Shown one piece after another: positions 12,437-25,610 of a stretch of DNA of 64,000 nucleotides. The stretch's first letter is position 1, and each line of letters starts with the position of its first letter. The position numbers and the translations under genes are program-made. Source of the stretch: Mobula hypostoma (Eukaryota); contig NC_086109.1 of assembly GCF_963921235.1 (NCBI RefSeq), positions 6,946,001 to 7,010,000 of the forward strand, written 5' to 3'. A model generated the notes under the pieces. The model was not told the origin of the DNA. It worked only from the letters and a program-made list of their open reading frames with translations, and searched no databases.

Positions 12437-13345
12437 GATAGATGGAGTGGGTAGTGTTGAGGAAACAGAGCCTGTGGAGAGACTTGGATAGTTTAGAGGA
12501 ATGGGCAAAAAAAGTGGTAAATGAAATGCAATGTTGGAAAGTGTATGGTCATGCACTTTGGTGGAAGAAATAAATGGGCAGACTATTATTTAGGTGGGGA
12601 GAGAATTCAAAATGCAGAGATGCAAAGGAACTTGGGAGTCCTTGTGCAGGATACCCTAAAGGCTAACCTCCACATTGAGTTGGGGATGAAGAATGTGAAT
12701 GCAATGGACATTAATTTCTAGAGGTACAGAATATAAGAGCAGGGATGTGATGTTGAGGCTCTATAAGGCACTCATGAGATCACACTTGGAGTATTGTGTG
12801 CCGTTTTGGGCTCCTTATTTTAGAGAGGATATACTGACTTTGGAGAGGGTTCAGAGAAGATTCATGAGAATGATTCCAGGAATGAAAGGGTTACTGTATG
12901 AGGAATGTCTGGCAACTCTTGGGCTGTATTTCCTGGAGTTCAGGAGAATGAGGGGGGAATCTCATAGAAATGTTCTGAATGTTAAAAGGCCTGAACAGAT
13001 TAGATATGGCAAAGTTATTTCCCATGGTAGAGGATTCTAGGATAAGAGGGCACGACTTCAGGATTGAAGAATGTCCAGTTAGAACTAAGACCCAAAGAAA
13101 TTAGTTTAGTCAGAGGGTGGTAAATCTGTGGAAATAGTTGCTATGAGTGGCTGCGGAGGCCAAGTCACTGGGTGCATTTAAGGCAGAGATAGATAGGTTC
13201 TTGATTAGCCAGGGCATCAAAGGGTATGGGGTGAAAGCAGGGGAGTGGGGATGGATGGAAGAAATGGATCAGCCTATGATTGAATGGTGGAGCAGACTCG
13301 ATGGGCTGAATGGCCTACTTCTGCTCGTATATCTTATCATCTTAT
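12437..13345 (+). mobile_element. CR1 LINE 3' fragment (decayed RT C-terminus plus 3'UTR)
   Basis: KCNVGKCMVMHFG and LRLYKALMRSHLEYCVPFWAP...LERVQRRF in broken frames; CR1-type 3' end. Confidence 0.85.
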
Positions 13346-15701
13346 AGTGCAATACATAAAAAAATACTTTTAGTTACAAGAAACATATAACAATAAATAC
13401 CTGTAATGCAATCTACAGTGTTGTATTTCTTTGCTTTCTACTTCTTTTTCGATTATGAATGCCTGCAAGAAAATGAATCTCAGGGTAGTATTTTGTGACA
13501 TATACATACCTTGATAATAAATTAGCTTTGAACTTTGAACAAAAAATGAGGTGTTTATGGACTGTTCAGAAATCTGATCGTAAAGCTGGTTCAGGAAAAG
13601 TTAATAAACTTCAGAAACCTGCCTGTAAAGCTGCACCTTTTCCCTGCTCTATCGGAATTTTAACTTGTTTAGCGTGGGTGGCATTGTTTAGATCGGGTTG
13701 AATAGACCTGTATCGTGCTCCCAACAACTGAGCAAATTAATGGAGAGTCCCTGCTGAACCACAATTCGGTTGTTCCTATTCTTACATTGATGCAATGCTG
13801 TTATGACATTGGCAAGCTGTGATAATGATATTAGTGAAACCCAAAAACTACCCCCCCGCCCCCCACCCCACTAAGCAGGAGTTGACAAAAGTTAATCTGA
13901 TAGTGTGAAGTTCAGTGTTAATTACTACTCCAGCCGGGACCAGAACCACAGGCAGAAACGAAACCATTGCGGCTTTCCACGAACAGCACCAGATTCCAAG
14001 CTTGAAATGAAAATAGGAGAGGGCCATTCAGCCCATTTGAGTCTGCTGCTCCATTCAGAATCTGCTTTGTTACCGCCGACTTACGTGATGTGAAGTTTGT
14101 TGTTTAGTAGCAGCACAGCGCAAAAACAAAGAAAATTACTACGAATTACAAAAATTACTGAGGTAAATTTGGCGGCACAGCAGCACAGAGTTCAGCACTA
14201 CACTATTATGGCTCTAGCAACCAGGCTCAATTCCATCGCCGTCTGTGAGGAGTTTGCACGTTCTGACTGTGATTGGGTGGGCTTCCCCTGGTGCTCTGGT
14301 TTCCTCCTGATTCCAAGGTCTGCATGGGATAGAATGGCAATTGGATGTAAGTGGGCAGCAGGGGCTCATTGTGCCAGAAGGACCTGTCACTGCGCTGTCT
14401 CTCTAAATAAATAATTAAAATAAAAATAAAAGAATAATGTAGTTACTCAGGGCACTGGGATCCAGAGTTCAGTTCCTGACCCAGATCTGGGCCGTACCCT
14501 CCAAATATCCGGACCTGCCTCTTGGTTTTTTTTTCACTACCTTACTTTCCATTTTCTATTTATGATTTATAATTTAAATTTTTAATATTTACTATTGATT
14601 TGTACTCCAGGGAGTGGGAAGCACAGATTCAAATATCGCTGTGATGACTGTACGTTCTAATATCAATAGTTTGGTGACAATAAAGTATAAAGTATAAAGT
14701 ATAAAGTTGCAAGGTCATCTATAAAGAGTCTGTACATTCTCCCTGTGGAGAATTGTCCTGCTATCCAGGAATCAGTCTGGTGGGTCTTAACTGCACTCCG
14801 TCCATGGCAGTGGCATCTATTCTTAGACAGGGAGATCAAAGCTGTCTACAAAACTCAGGGGCTTGTCTCACCAGTGTCCTATGAAACCGGAGCAAAAAGC
14901 AAACCCTGCACTCACTGGGCCAAGCGCGTCTGTGGAGGCAAAGACATGGTCCATGTTTCACTCCGAGATGGATCCAGCCATGACGGAAGGCCCCAGTCTG
15001 AAACGTCGACCATCCCTCCGCCTCCACAGATGCTGCCTGACCCACTGAGATCTTCCACCACTTTATTTTATGCACCATTTCTCTCTATCTCTCTTTTCCC
15101 CTATCTAATTGTAGCTGAAGATCCTTGCTTCTGTAGTCAAAGCCTCTGGCAGTGACTGCAATGGTTGGCACAGATACTATGGACTGAAAGGCCTCTTCCT
15201 GTACTGTTTTATGTTCCACATTAACCTACCAGTGGCCTTCTGAACTGTTTTCTGCACACACATTTTTTTTTCAGTGGCTGGAGGGTCAGAGGCAGAGAAG
15301 GGTAGACAGAAAAGATTCTGCAGGTTCTGGAAATCCAGAGTAACACACACAAAATGCTGGAGGAACTCAGCCCGTTAGGCAACATCTATGGAGAGGAATA
15401 AAGGGTTGACGTTCTGGGCCGAGACCCTTCATCAGGACTTAGGGGAGACAGAGTCTTTTATTTCTCTGAGGCAGGGTGAGGGTTAAATAATACCAGAGAA
15501 CCTGCATTTGAGGTGAGAGGGGAAAAGTCTTAAAGAGATGTTTGGGACAAACTTTTTCCCAACAGAGTGATGGGTGACCGGAATGGGCTGCCGGAGGTGG
15601 TGGTGGAAGCAGAGACTTAGGAGGTTTGTAGAAAAACACATGAGTATGCAGGGAATGGAGTGATATGGACTAAGTACATGCAGGGAAGAAGTGGTTTAAT
15701 T

Positions 15702-15781
15702 CAGGGCTTCTCAACCTGTGATCCATGGACCCCTGGTAAATGGTAGAGGTCCATGGCATAAAAAAGGTTGGGGGACACCTG
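15702..15781. mobile_element. 80-bp hAT-type MITE with 8-bp TSD
   Basis: Ends CAGGGCTTCTCAACC...GGTTGGGGGACACCTG. Perfect TSD GTTTAATT at 15694-15701 and 15782-15789. Confidence 0.8.
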
Positions 15782-18700
15782 GTTTAATTTAACATTGTGT
15801 TTAGTACAGATATTGTGGGCCGAAGGGCCTCCCCCTGTGCCGTACTGTTCCTTGTTCTGTTTTCTATTAAAACAGACACTTTAAATAGTAAACAGAAAGG
15901 GTTATTAAAGCAAAAAAAACTTAGCAACATCTTTAAAGTTGCCTTCCCCAGGCAGTTAATCTGATCAACCATTCTAGTTAGTCCCCACCCCCCTCTATCT
16001 ATTATCTCAGTCAGAGTAAACATTTTTATAATGCTATTTACATTGTAAATACATGCTGATATTTATGTACTTACGCACATATTATCCCATATCTGTGCTT
16101 TAACCTCTTATTTTTAAATACATAATCCTTTATTCTTTATAATTGTTGAATTGTTTTTTTTTGTTGCACCCTAACCAACACACCACAGCAATTTCTTAGG
16201 ACATGCCAATCCTTGATCGTTGATCTTTGTTCTGTGTTCTATGGATGTGATATGCCTGAAGGTTTCCTTCCCCGGCATACGCTGCTATGATTGGTTCATG
16301 AATTAATGAACATATGACTAAGTTCAAGTGGTCTACTAGCAGCTCCCTGCAGCTTTGATCGACTTTCTCGATTGCTTGTGACAGGCAGTTGCTTCAAATG
16401 GCCATTCACCATACGGTTTAAATCACTGAAGTCTTCTCTGATCTTTTGCAAACTTAATACGGAACACCGTGCAGCATCAGAGGTGGAAGTAGCTCGGGCT
16501 GCCCGCATGCTTCTAAAAGAAGAAGAGAAGCAGGAGAGGATATTGAAGCCTAACTAAGGCAGCGTCAGGTTTCAGCCAAGGGTTTTATAGTTACCACCTT
16601 GTCAGAAGCCGAGGTCGCGGATTTAATTCCCATCTCAGAGCAGCCAGAGCAAAAAAGCACAGACTCAGAGGAATCAGTCAGGTTTAATGTCACTAGCATA
16701 TGTGATGAAATTTGTTGTTGTACATTGCAATACATAATAATAAAACTATAAATTACAATAAGAAAATATATATATATTATATATAAATATATTACAATAA
16801 GAAAAAATATATATACAATACTCTTCAAAAATCACCAGCATATATATAGCTAGGGTGCCTAAGACTTTTGGACAGAACAACAGTACTGTGTATTAGGTGC
16901 AGGGACTTTATCTAATGCACTGTACTGCTGCAAAAATAAAAAGAAATTTCATGACATATGTGAGTGATGATAAACCTGATTCTGATACGGGTCTCTTTTG
17001 TGGTCTGAGAGTGGGAAGGGGCAGGGAGAGGGGAATCATGGTTGGGAAAAGGGGAAGGGAACAGGAAGCACCAGAGAGACCTTCTGTAATGATTAATTGT
17101 TTGGAATTAAGTTACCTTGCCTGGCGTCTCAAGTGTGGGTGCGTCTCCACCCATGGCATCCCCTCCAGCCCTGCCTCTGGCATTCCTTCTCTACCACCCG
17201 TCCCACTCCCATCCCGTGGCACCGTACCCTGACGGTACCTTCCCGCCAGATTTACAAACTCGCTCTCCGCTCCACGTTGACAAATACAGCGGTGTACAGA
17301 AGTCTTAGGCACCTTAGCTGACTTCTTCACAGTACTATATATGTAAATAAATAAAATTAAATACTTAAGTAACTGGTATGAGGGGTATATAACCCATAAT
17401 GAAATATAGCCTCTTTGTATTTGTATCAATATGTTGGGCCCAGGATAGATCTTCAGAGATGTTGACACCCAGGAACTTGAATCTGTTCACCCTTTCCACT
17501 GCTAATCCCTCAATGAGGACTGGTGTGTGTCCCTGAAGTCTACAATCAATTCTTAGTCTTCCTGACCTCGAGTGTAAGGTTGCTGTTGTGACACCACTTA
17601 ACTAGCTGCTCTATCTCACTCCTGTATGCTGCATCCTATTGTACAAGCAACACTAAGGGAATATTCTGCTGAAAGTCCCCTCCTCCCATCCTTCAAGGAA
17701 GATGTTAAACTGAGATCTGTTTTTTAATTCCAGAAATAAATTTTAAAAAAGGTCCTGTGAGATTGTTTAGGGGAATTACACCAGTGCCCTGGCAATACTT
17801 AGCTTTTAATAAACAGCTCAACAGTGGAGGCAGATGCATCAAAACTCTTAAAAGGTGTTTGGACAGGTACTTGGATAGGAAGGACATAGAGTGATATGGG
17901 CCCAACGCAGGCAAGTGTGCTAGCCCAGATAAGCATCACAGTTGTCATGGGGTGAGATGGGTGGATAGCGACAACATCCCATGCTCCATCCATCTGCAGC
18001 CTACAACACTGAGGGATTTGGGATTTTTTTTGTGGCTGTATGTATTTCTGCTCTCAGAATTAATTACGCACTGTGCACTGTTGGTATTGTGATTTGCAGC
18101 TTGGCCCCAGAGAACGCTGTTTTGTTTAGCTGGGTTCATGTATATAGATGAATGATACTCAAACTTAAACTTGAAATTGAACTATTTGTGTGGTGTACCA
18201 TTCTATGATTGCTAAAACACTAACTCTGAAATGCTAACTCTGTTTCTTTCTTCGCAGATGCTGCCCGACCTGCCAAGTATTTCTAGGATTACCCGATTTT
18301 ACTAAAACCGGTATCTCCACGGGCTCACCCCTCCGCGTCTTCATGAGCTTTGTCAGGCCCACGATCTCCGGAGATCCCTGGCTCCTCCAGTCTGGCCTCT
18401 TGTTCATCAGGACACATGAAGATCTGTGAGAATGATCCCGGAAATGACGTGAACACCCGTATCATAGAGTCGTAGATTCATACGGCACGGAAACAGGCCC
18501 TTCTGCCCAATCAGTCCACACTGACCATACTGTGCACCTGAACCAGCCCCACTTGCTGGTGTTTGTCCCACATCCCTCTAAACCTTTCCTACCCATGTAT
18601 TTGTCCTAATGCCTTTGAAATGTCAGAATTGGACCCACCTCGACCATTTCCTCTGCCAGCTCGTTCCACAAACTCACCATCCTCTGTATGAAAAAGTTGC

Positions 18701-21700
18701 CTCTCAGATTGCTTTAAATCTTTTCCTGCACTCCTTACACCTCTCCCCTCCAGTTTTAGAGTCACTCACAGCTGTAACATCCACCTTACCTATGCCCTTC
18801 ATGATTTCAAAGATTCAAAGTACATTTATTATCGGAGAATATACAAATTATACACCTTGAGATTTGTTTGCTTACAGGTAGCCACAAAGCAAGAAATGAA
18901 AAGAACCCAATTAAAAAAAAAGACCAACACCCGATGTGCAAGAGAAAGAAAAAAAAAACACAATCATGCAACAACTGAAGCGAACAACAACATTCCAAAC
19001 CAAATTTCATAACCCTCTACAAACTTCCTTTGCTCCGGCATTGCAGTCCCAGCATATCCAGTCTTTCCAAAGAGCTCAAGCCCTCCAGACCCGATAACTT
19101 TCCAGTGAACCTTTCCTGCATCCTCTCCAACATGAGGTGAGATGCCAACCCTGCAGTGCTCAACACTGGGCCTGACTGAATTTTGACTATGTTTTACACT
19201 GTTAAACAAATATTCATTACAGTCTCCCAGTTACACCCATTTCATAGGGAGGGTTTGCCTAGTTTGTTTCTGTATAGAGTTGGATCTGGTGATTTCAATC
19301 CGAAGGTTCTTTGAAATTCAAGAACAAGGTGTAAGAATTGGTGGTTACAGCTGTTTTAATAAGTTGTACACAAACAAAGAAAGCAAAGAAAAACAAGCTC
19401 GAGATTGTCTCAAGCTCAGACTACAGGTCAAATTCAAGATTATTTATTGTCATTTGTCAGTTCGTTTATTGATTCATTATTTGCCATGTCATATGATGAG
19501 AGTGATCATGGTCTTTCCGTGACCTTAGTCACTCTTGGCAAAGTTTTCTACGGAAGTGGTTTGCCATTGCCTTCTTCTGGGCAGTGTCTTCACAAGACGG
19601 GTGACCCCAGCCATTATCAATGCTCTTCAGAGATTGTCTGCCTGCTGTCAGTGGTCGCATAACCAGGACTTGTGATATGTACCAGCTGCTCATACGACCA
19701 TCCACCACCTGCTCCCATGGCTTCACATGACCCAGATCGGGGGACTAAGCAGGTGCTACACCTTGCCCAAGGGTGACCTACAGGCCAGCGGAGGGAAGGA
19801 GCACCTTACTTCTCCTTTGGTAGAAATGTATCTCCACTCCGACATCAAATAGGTAAATTAGACTACAAGAAAAATACTACAAAAATAGCAATTCTTCACC
19901 CTAATCCAACAATAGTGAGCTGCAAGAGTCAGACTAAACATTGATGAAGTTACGTTGACCTAGACAGAAGATGACAACACTTCCCAGGGGCCCCGTATTG
20001 AATAAATATTTTATCTCAACCAGTGGCTCGACTTTCTTAGGAGTTTGAGAAGATTTGGTGTGTCACCAATAACTCTGGCAAATTTGTAGAGATGTACTGT
20101 GGAGAGCATTCTGACCGGCTGTATCACCATCTGGTACGGAGGCTCCAAAGCACAGGATCGGAAAAAGCTGCAGAAGACTCAGCCATCTCCATCATGGGCA
20201 CAACCCTCCGCACCACTGAGGCCTTCTCCAAAAGGAGGTGCCTCACAAAGGAGGCCTGCATCATGAATGACTCTCGCTGTTCAAGCATGCCCACTTCTCA
20301 TCAATGAGGAGGTGCAGGAGCCTGAATACTCACACTCAACGATTCAGGAACGGCTTCTTCCCCTCTGCCATCAGATTTCTGAACGGTCCACCACTTTGTT
20401 ATTCCTTTTAGAATCACAGAAAAGTACAGTGCAGAAACAAGCCCTTCAGCCCATCTAGTCTGGGCTGAACCATTTATCCTATCTACTTTCATCAACCTGT
20501 GCCGGGACCATAGCCCTCCATATCCCTACTGTCCATGTACTGTTCAAACTTCTGTTAAACATTGAAATCGAGCTTGCACGCACCACTTGCGCTGGAAGCT
20601 CATTCTGAGTGAAAAAATTTCCCCCCATATTACCCTTAAACTTTTCACCTTTCACCCTTGACCCATGACCTCTAGTTGTAGTCCCACCCAACCTCAATGG
20701 AAAAAGCCTGCTGCCTTTAGCCTATCTGTACCCCTATATATTGGGCATAGGCTCACTGGGCCAGAATGTTTTGATACCATGCTATCCCTCTAAATTAAAA
20801 AAATAAATAGATATAGGTAGGAGATAATAAGCTTGACTCTGAATTTAGATTAAAGAGTAGAAGACCTGAGAGACTCTGCCCATTTTAATAAGAGACACAA
20901 GTGAATCCTGGACTAGTTGTCTAGAAGTAAATAAATAAAACGTAATTTCAACAGTCCACAGATTTCTTTTGCACACAACAATAAAGTCTTTGATAATGGA
21001 TGAGCGCAGCGGAGGTCTCATAACGGGCAAAGACTGAACTATTTTTGACAGCTTGATGTTCCTGGAGGTGAAACGAGAGAGGCCTTCCAATAAATGGAGA
21101 AAAACAGCCCAGCCTCTGCTAACTGATTCTCAGAAGCCGGCTAGCTGGTGTCAGCTTCAATTGGAAGCCTTAGGCAGACAGCCGCCCACACGTGCAGTGA
21201 CATTTATGAGCAAACTGTGGAGATGCTTGGAATCGTGAGCACTGAGTGGCTCTGTTTAATTGGGTGTGACTCCCGGCCACACTGACTAATTAACTTTATG
21301 TGCATGCGACCCCCCCCCCGCCTCACCCGCCAACCTTGACCTGTGGCTACAATCTTAGGGAAAGATCTGAATTCGGCAACGGTTCTGTGGGGAGGAGGAG
21401 GTTAGGGGACGAAGAAAAAGGGTGAGGAGTGATGAGGCGTAGGAGATAGGAAAGGTAAATGAGGAAGGGAGGAGGAAGATGATTTGGGGGAAAGGATGAG
21501 GAGGAGAACAGGGAAGAGGTGGAGGAGGAAATGGCAGGTATAAATGAAGGAGAGAGGAGGAGGAAGGTGAGAAAGAGGGAGCGAAGATATAAAACAGGGA
21601 AACAATAACTTCCAGCCGAAGTTCTCTCTAATATTTTTTATAGTAGCACCAACCAACTGTTGCTCTGAGCAGGAAATTTTAACACAGCCTGAAAAATGCG

Positions 21701-21809
21701 CAACACTTTAAATGTGTTTTTACTTGTAATATGCATACCATAAATATTTAGAATGAAAATTGAAAAATCACATACTTTTGATTTTATTTATTAAATGAAG
21801 CATGACACG

Positions 21810-22160
21810 GGTGGAGATATGTCTCTACCAAAGGAGGTGTAAGGCGCTGCTTCTCTCTGCTAGCCTGCAGGTCACCCTTGGGCGAGGTGTAGCACCCGCT
21901 TAGCCTCCTGATCAGGGTCACGTGAAGCCATGTGGTCGTATGAGCAGCTGGTGCATATCATGTTCTGGTTATGTAACCACTGACACCATGCAGACAATCT
22001 CTGAGGAGTATTGATAATGGCTGAGGTCACCCATCTTGTAAAGACACTGCCCAGAAGAAGACAATGGCAAACCAATTCTGTAGAAAAATTTGCCAAGAAC
22101 AATCATGGTCACAGAGGGACCATGATCGGCTACGTCATACGACACAGCACATAATGATGA
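21810..22160 (+). mobile_element. Dispersed retroposon with RTE-like 3' end (other copies about 19490-19840 minus, 26332-26825 plus)
   Basis: Three near-identical copies containing GAAG(G/A)CAATGGCAAACCAC, resembling RTE/BovB-type tails, and a (TGA)n tail. Confidence 0.6.
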
Positions 22161-22174
22161 TTCTTAATTAAACT

Positions 22175-22450
22175 ACGGTAGTGTAGTGGTTAGCACGACG
22201 CATTACAAATCCAGCGACCTGAGTTTAATTCCCGCCGTTGCCGGTAAGAGTTTGTAAGTTCGCCCTATGACTGCATAGGTTTCCTCTGGGCGCTCCGGTT
22301 ACCTCCCACAGTCCAAAGACATACTGGTTAATTTGTCGTTGTAAATTGTCCCACGACTGTGCTCGGGGTTTAATCGGGTATTGCTGGACGGCGCCGCTCG
22401 TAGGGCTGGAAGGGCCTACACCGTGATGTATCCCAATGAAATTAAAAAGA
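22175..22450 (+). mobile_element. V-SINE (HE1-like); further copies near 1545, 8170, 14170, 36740, 42918
   Basis: tRNA-like head GGTAGTGTAGTGGTTAGCAC plus V-domain core GGTTTCCTC.GGG.GCTCCGGTT.CCTCCCACA.TCCAAAGAC. Confidence 0.7.
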
Positions 22451-24630
22451 ATAAAACTAATTCCTTCTGCCTGCACATGCCCCATATCCCTCCATTCCTA
22501 CGTATTCATGTTCCATCAAAGAGACTCTTAAATGCCTCTATTATCTCTGCCTCCACCACCATCCCCGGCAGCTTTTTCCAGGCACCCAGCACTGTGTGTA
22601 AAAATCTTGCCTTGTAAACCTCTTTTTGAATCTACCCCCTCCCACCTTAAATGTCTGGCCTCTAGTATTTGACAGATAAATCCAAGGAATAAATTACAGG
22701 CTGTAATATCAGTCTATGTCTCTTGTAATTTTATAAACTTCAATCAGATCTCTCCTCAGGCTCTGACGATGCAAGTTTGTCCAACCTCTCTTTGAAGGGT
22801 TGAGCATGGATTTTATATCCTAGCTGTCCACGTGGTATGCAAGACAAGGGATTACGATATGGAGAACAAGCTGTCGTCCGTGCAGCAGACTCCCCCTCTC
22901 CACGCAGCTGATGAAGCCAAAGGAATGGCAGAGAGCGATACAGTTTGGCACCAGCAGCGTCGCAGGGGTTGCCAGTCATCATTGAACTCAACGTAGGACT
23001 GCCTTAGAGACTCCAGATTGGGGCTTTTCCTCGCAACTTACTTTCGAAGCCTTTCCCATGAATGAGTATAGCCGCAAGGCAGTAGAGGTTTGAGATCAGA
23101 GTTTTCCTTCTCCTAGATGAGCTGCCAACCAAGGCTGACAAGCCCCATCTGCCTGAAGCAACTGATTTTAAGGCGCCTGTAACCCAACTTTGCCCCTTCT
23201 CCTGTCAGTAGAAATGATTCCTCTGGGCTTAGAGGCTAATGCACATGTGAAGGCCACTGATAACATTTGATAGATAGTGGGAGCTTATCCTCACTACCTC
23301 CTCCGGCTATGACAGCCTTAAGGAACCTCTCTAATCCAGGCCTAATCCAGTTGAACCCTCTCCAAAACCTTTACATCCTTCCTGGTGATGGAGCAAATAG
23401 AATTGAATGCAAAGCTCCAGGTTTTATAAAGTTGCAACACAACTTTCTGAAACTTGAACTCAATGCCCGACTAATAAAATAAGCACGTTATCCATCTTCT
23501 TTACCACCCTATTAAATTGTGTGGCCACTGTCAGGGAGCTTTTGACTTGGAATCCAAGATCTCTCTATACGTCAAAGAAGCCAGCTTCATCGTTTAGCTG
23601 GATACAAGACTAATACCTTTCACGACCCAGTTCCGAAGGGCAGTGAGAAGAGGGAGCAGAGTCAAACAGTCATGCAGCACTTAAACGGGCTCTTCTGCCC
23701 AACTGAACCATGGTGTCCACAGCATCCTCCCTGCTGGTCCTAGTTCAGCCCACAACCCTCTACGCACCTTCCCCTCCAAACACCTCTTAAATGTTGCAAT
23801 TGCACCTGCCTTGCTCTGGCAGCTCACTCCAGGTGCTCACGACATTTTCAGTAAAGAAGTTACCTCTCAGGTCTCTCTTAAATATCTCTGCTTTTATCTT
23901 GTATCAGTGCCTCTAGGTTTGGACTCCCCAACCCTGGGGGGGGAGGGGGCGGGAATCATTGACTGTCCACTACATCTAAGCCCCTCATGACTTTGCGAAC
24001 TTCTGTAAGGCCACCTCTCTCAAGCTCCAAAGAATAATGATCCACCCTGGCTAACCTCTCCCTATAACTCAGCCCCTCAAGCCCAGGCAGCATCACAGAG
24101 ACACAGAAACCCTACAGCACAATACAGGCCCTTCAGCTCACAAAGCTGTGCCGAACATCTCCCTACCTTAGAACTACCTAGGCTTTAACCACAGCAGTCT
24201 ATTTTTCTAAGCTCCATGTAGCCATCCAGGAGTCTCTTAAAAGACCCTATCGTTTCCGCAACCTTGTAAATCTCTTCTACAGCCTCTCCAGCTTGACAGT
24301 GTCTTTCCTGTCAAAGGGCAACCAAAACTGTTCACAAAGGTCATCTCAGCAATGACCTATATACCTACACTGTAATGCCCCTGCTCCTAAGCTAGATGCC
24401 TTGAAGACCAGAATGCCCTCTACACCATGCTACCTACTTGCACAGATGCTTTCAATGACCTGTACACTTCTACTCCCAGGTCTCTCCTGTCAGTGCCCTG
24501 TCATACAGGATTCAAAACCAGAATCCACTGGCATTTCTTGTGAAATTTGTTGTTATGCAGCAGCGATACATTGCAATATATAGTAAAAAAACTGTAAATT
24601 ACAGTAAGATATATATATATATATATTTAT

Positions 24631-24961
24631 GTCAGAAACCAAATACATTTAAACTCAGTTTTTCAGAATTCCTGACATTTAATCCTAGAAAACATTCTCT
24701 GTCTTAGGTCAGTTAGGATCACTACTTTATTTTAAGAATGTGAAATGTCAGAATAATAGTAGACAGAATGATTTATTTCAGCTTTTATTTCTTTCATCAC
24801 TTTCCCAGTGGGTCAGAAGTTTACATACACTTTGTTAGTATTTGGTAGCATTGCCTTTAAATTGTTTAACTTTTGGATAGCCTTCCACAAGCTTCTCGCA
24901 GTAAGTTGCTGGAATTTTGTTCCATTCCTCCAGACAGAACTGGTGTAACTGAGTCAGGTTG
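24631..24961 (-). mobile_element. Tc1 IR/DR-group remnant, Sleeping Beauty-like right IR/DR plus transposase C-terminus
   Basis: Minus-strand peptide NLTQLHQFCLEEWNKIPATYCEKLVEGYPK-VKQFKGNATKY*. Inner DR CCCAGTGGGTCAGAAGTTTACATACACT at 24804-24831. Abuts a (TA)n run. Confidence 0.88.
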
Positions 24962-25269
24962 GCAGAGGAGAAGAAACTATTCCTGAGGGGAGGATTATAC
25001 AGTGTGGATGATGTCGAGGATTGAAGCCCAAGGCTTGAATCAGAAATCAGGAGGTTGAGGCCCATTGGCCGAAGTCCAAATGTGTGTCTTCAGGCTCCTG
25101 GACCACCTTGATGGTAGCAATGAGAAGAGGGCATGTCCTGGGTGATGGGGGCCTGAATGATGGACGCTGCCTTTTTGAGTCATCGCTCAAAAAGATCAAG
25201 ATTCAAAATTCAATTTTATTTGTCACATGTACATCGAAATATGTGAAACACATTACTTGTGTCAACAAA

Positions 25270-25328
25270 CAACACCACACACGCAGGCACAGAGACACAC
25301 CACACATACAGACACAGAAACACACCAC

Positions 25329-25385
<57 letters not shown>

Positions 25386-25552
25386 CACACACGCACACAC
25401 ACACACACATACACACACTTTTACACACACACACACACTCACTCTCACACACACACACACACATACTCTCACAAACACACACTCACACACACAGACACAC
25501 TCACACACACATACACACTCACACACACGCACACACACACACATACACACAC

Positions 25553-25608
<56 letters not shown>

Positions 25609-25610
25609 AC
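25270..25610. repeat. (CA)n microsatellite, imperfect
   Basis: Direct reading. Confidence 0.95.
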
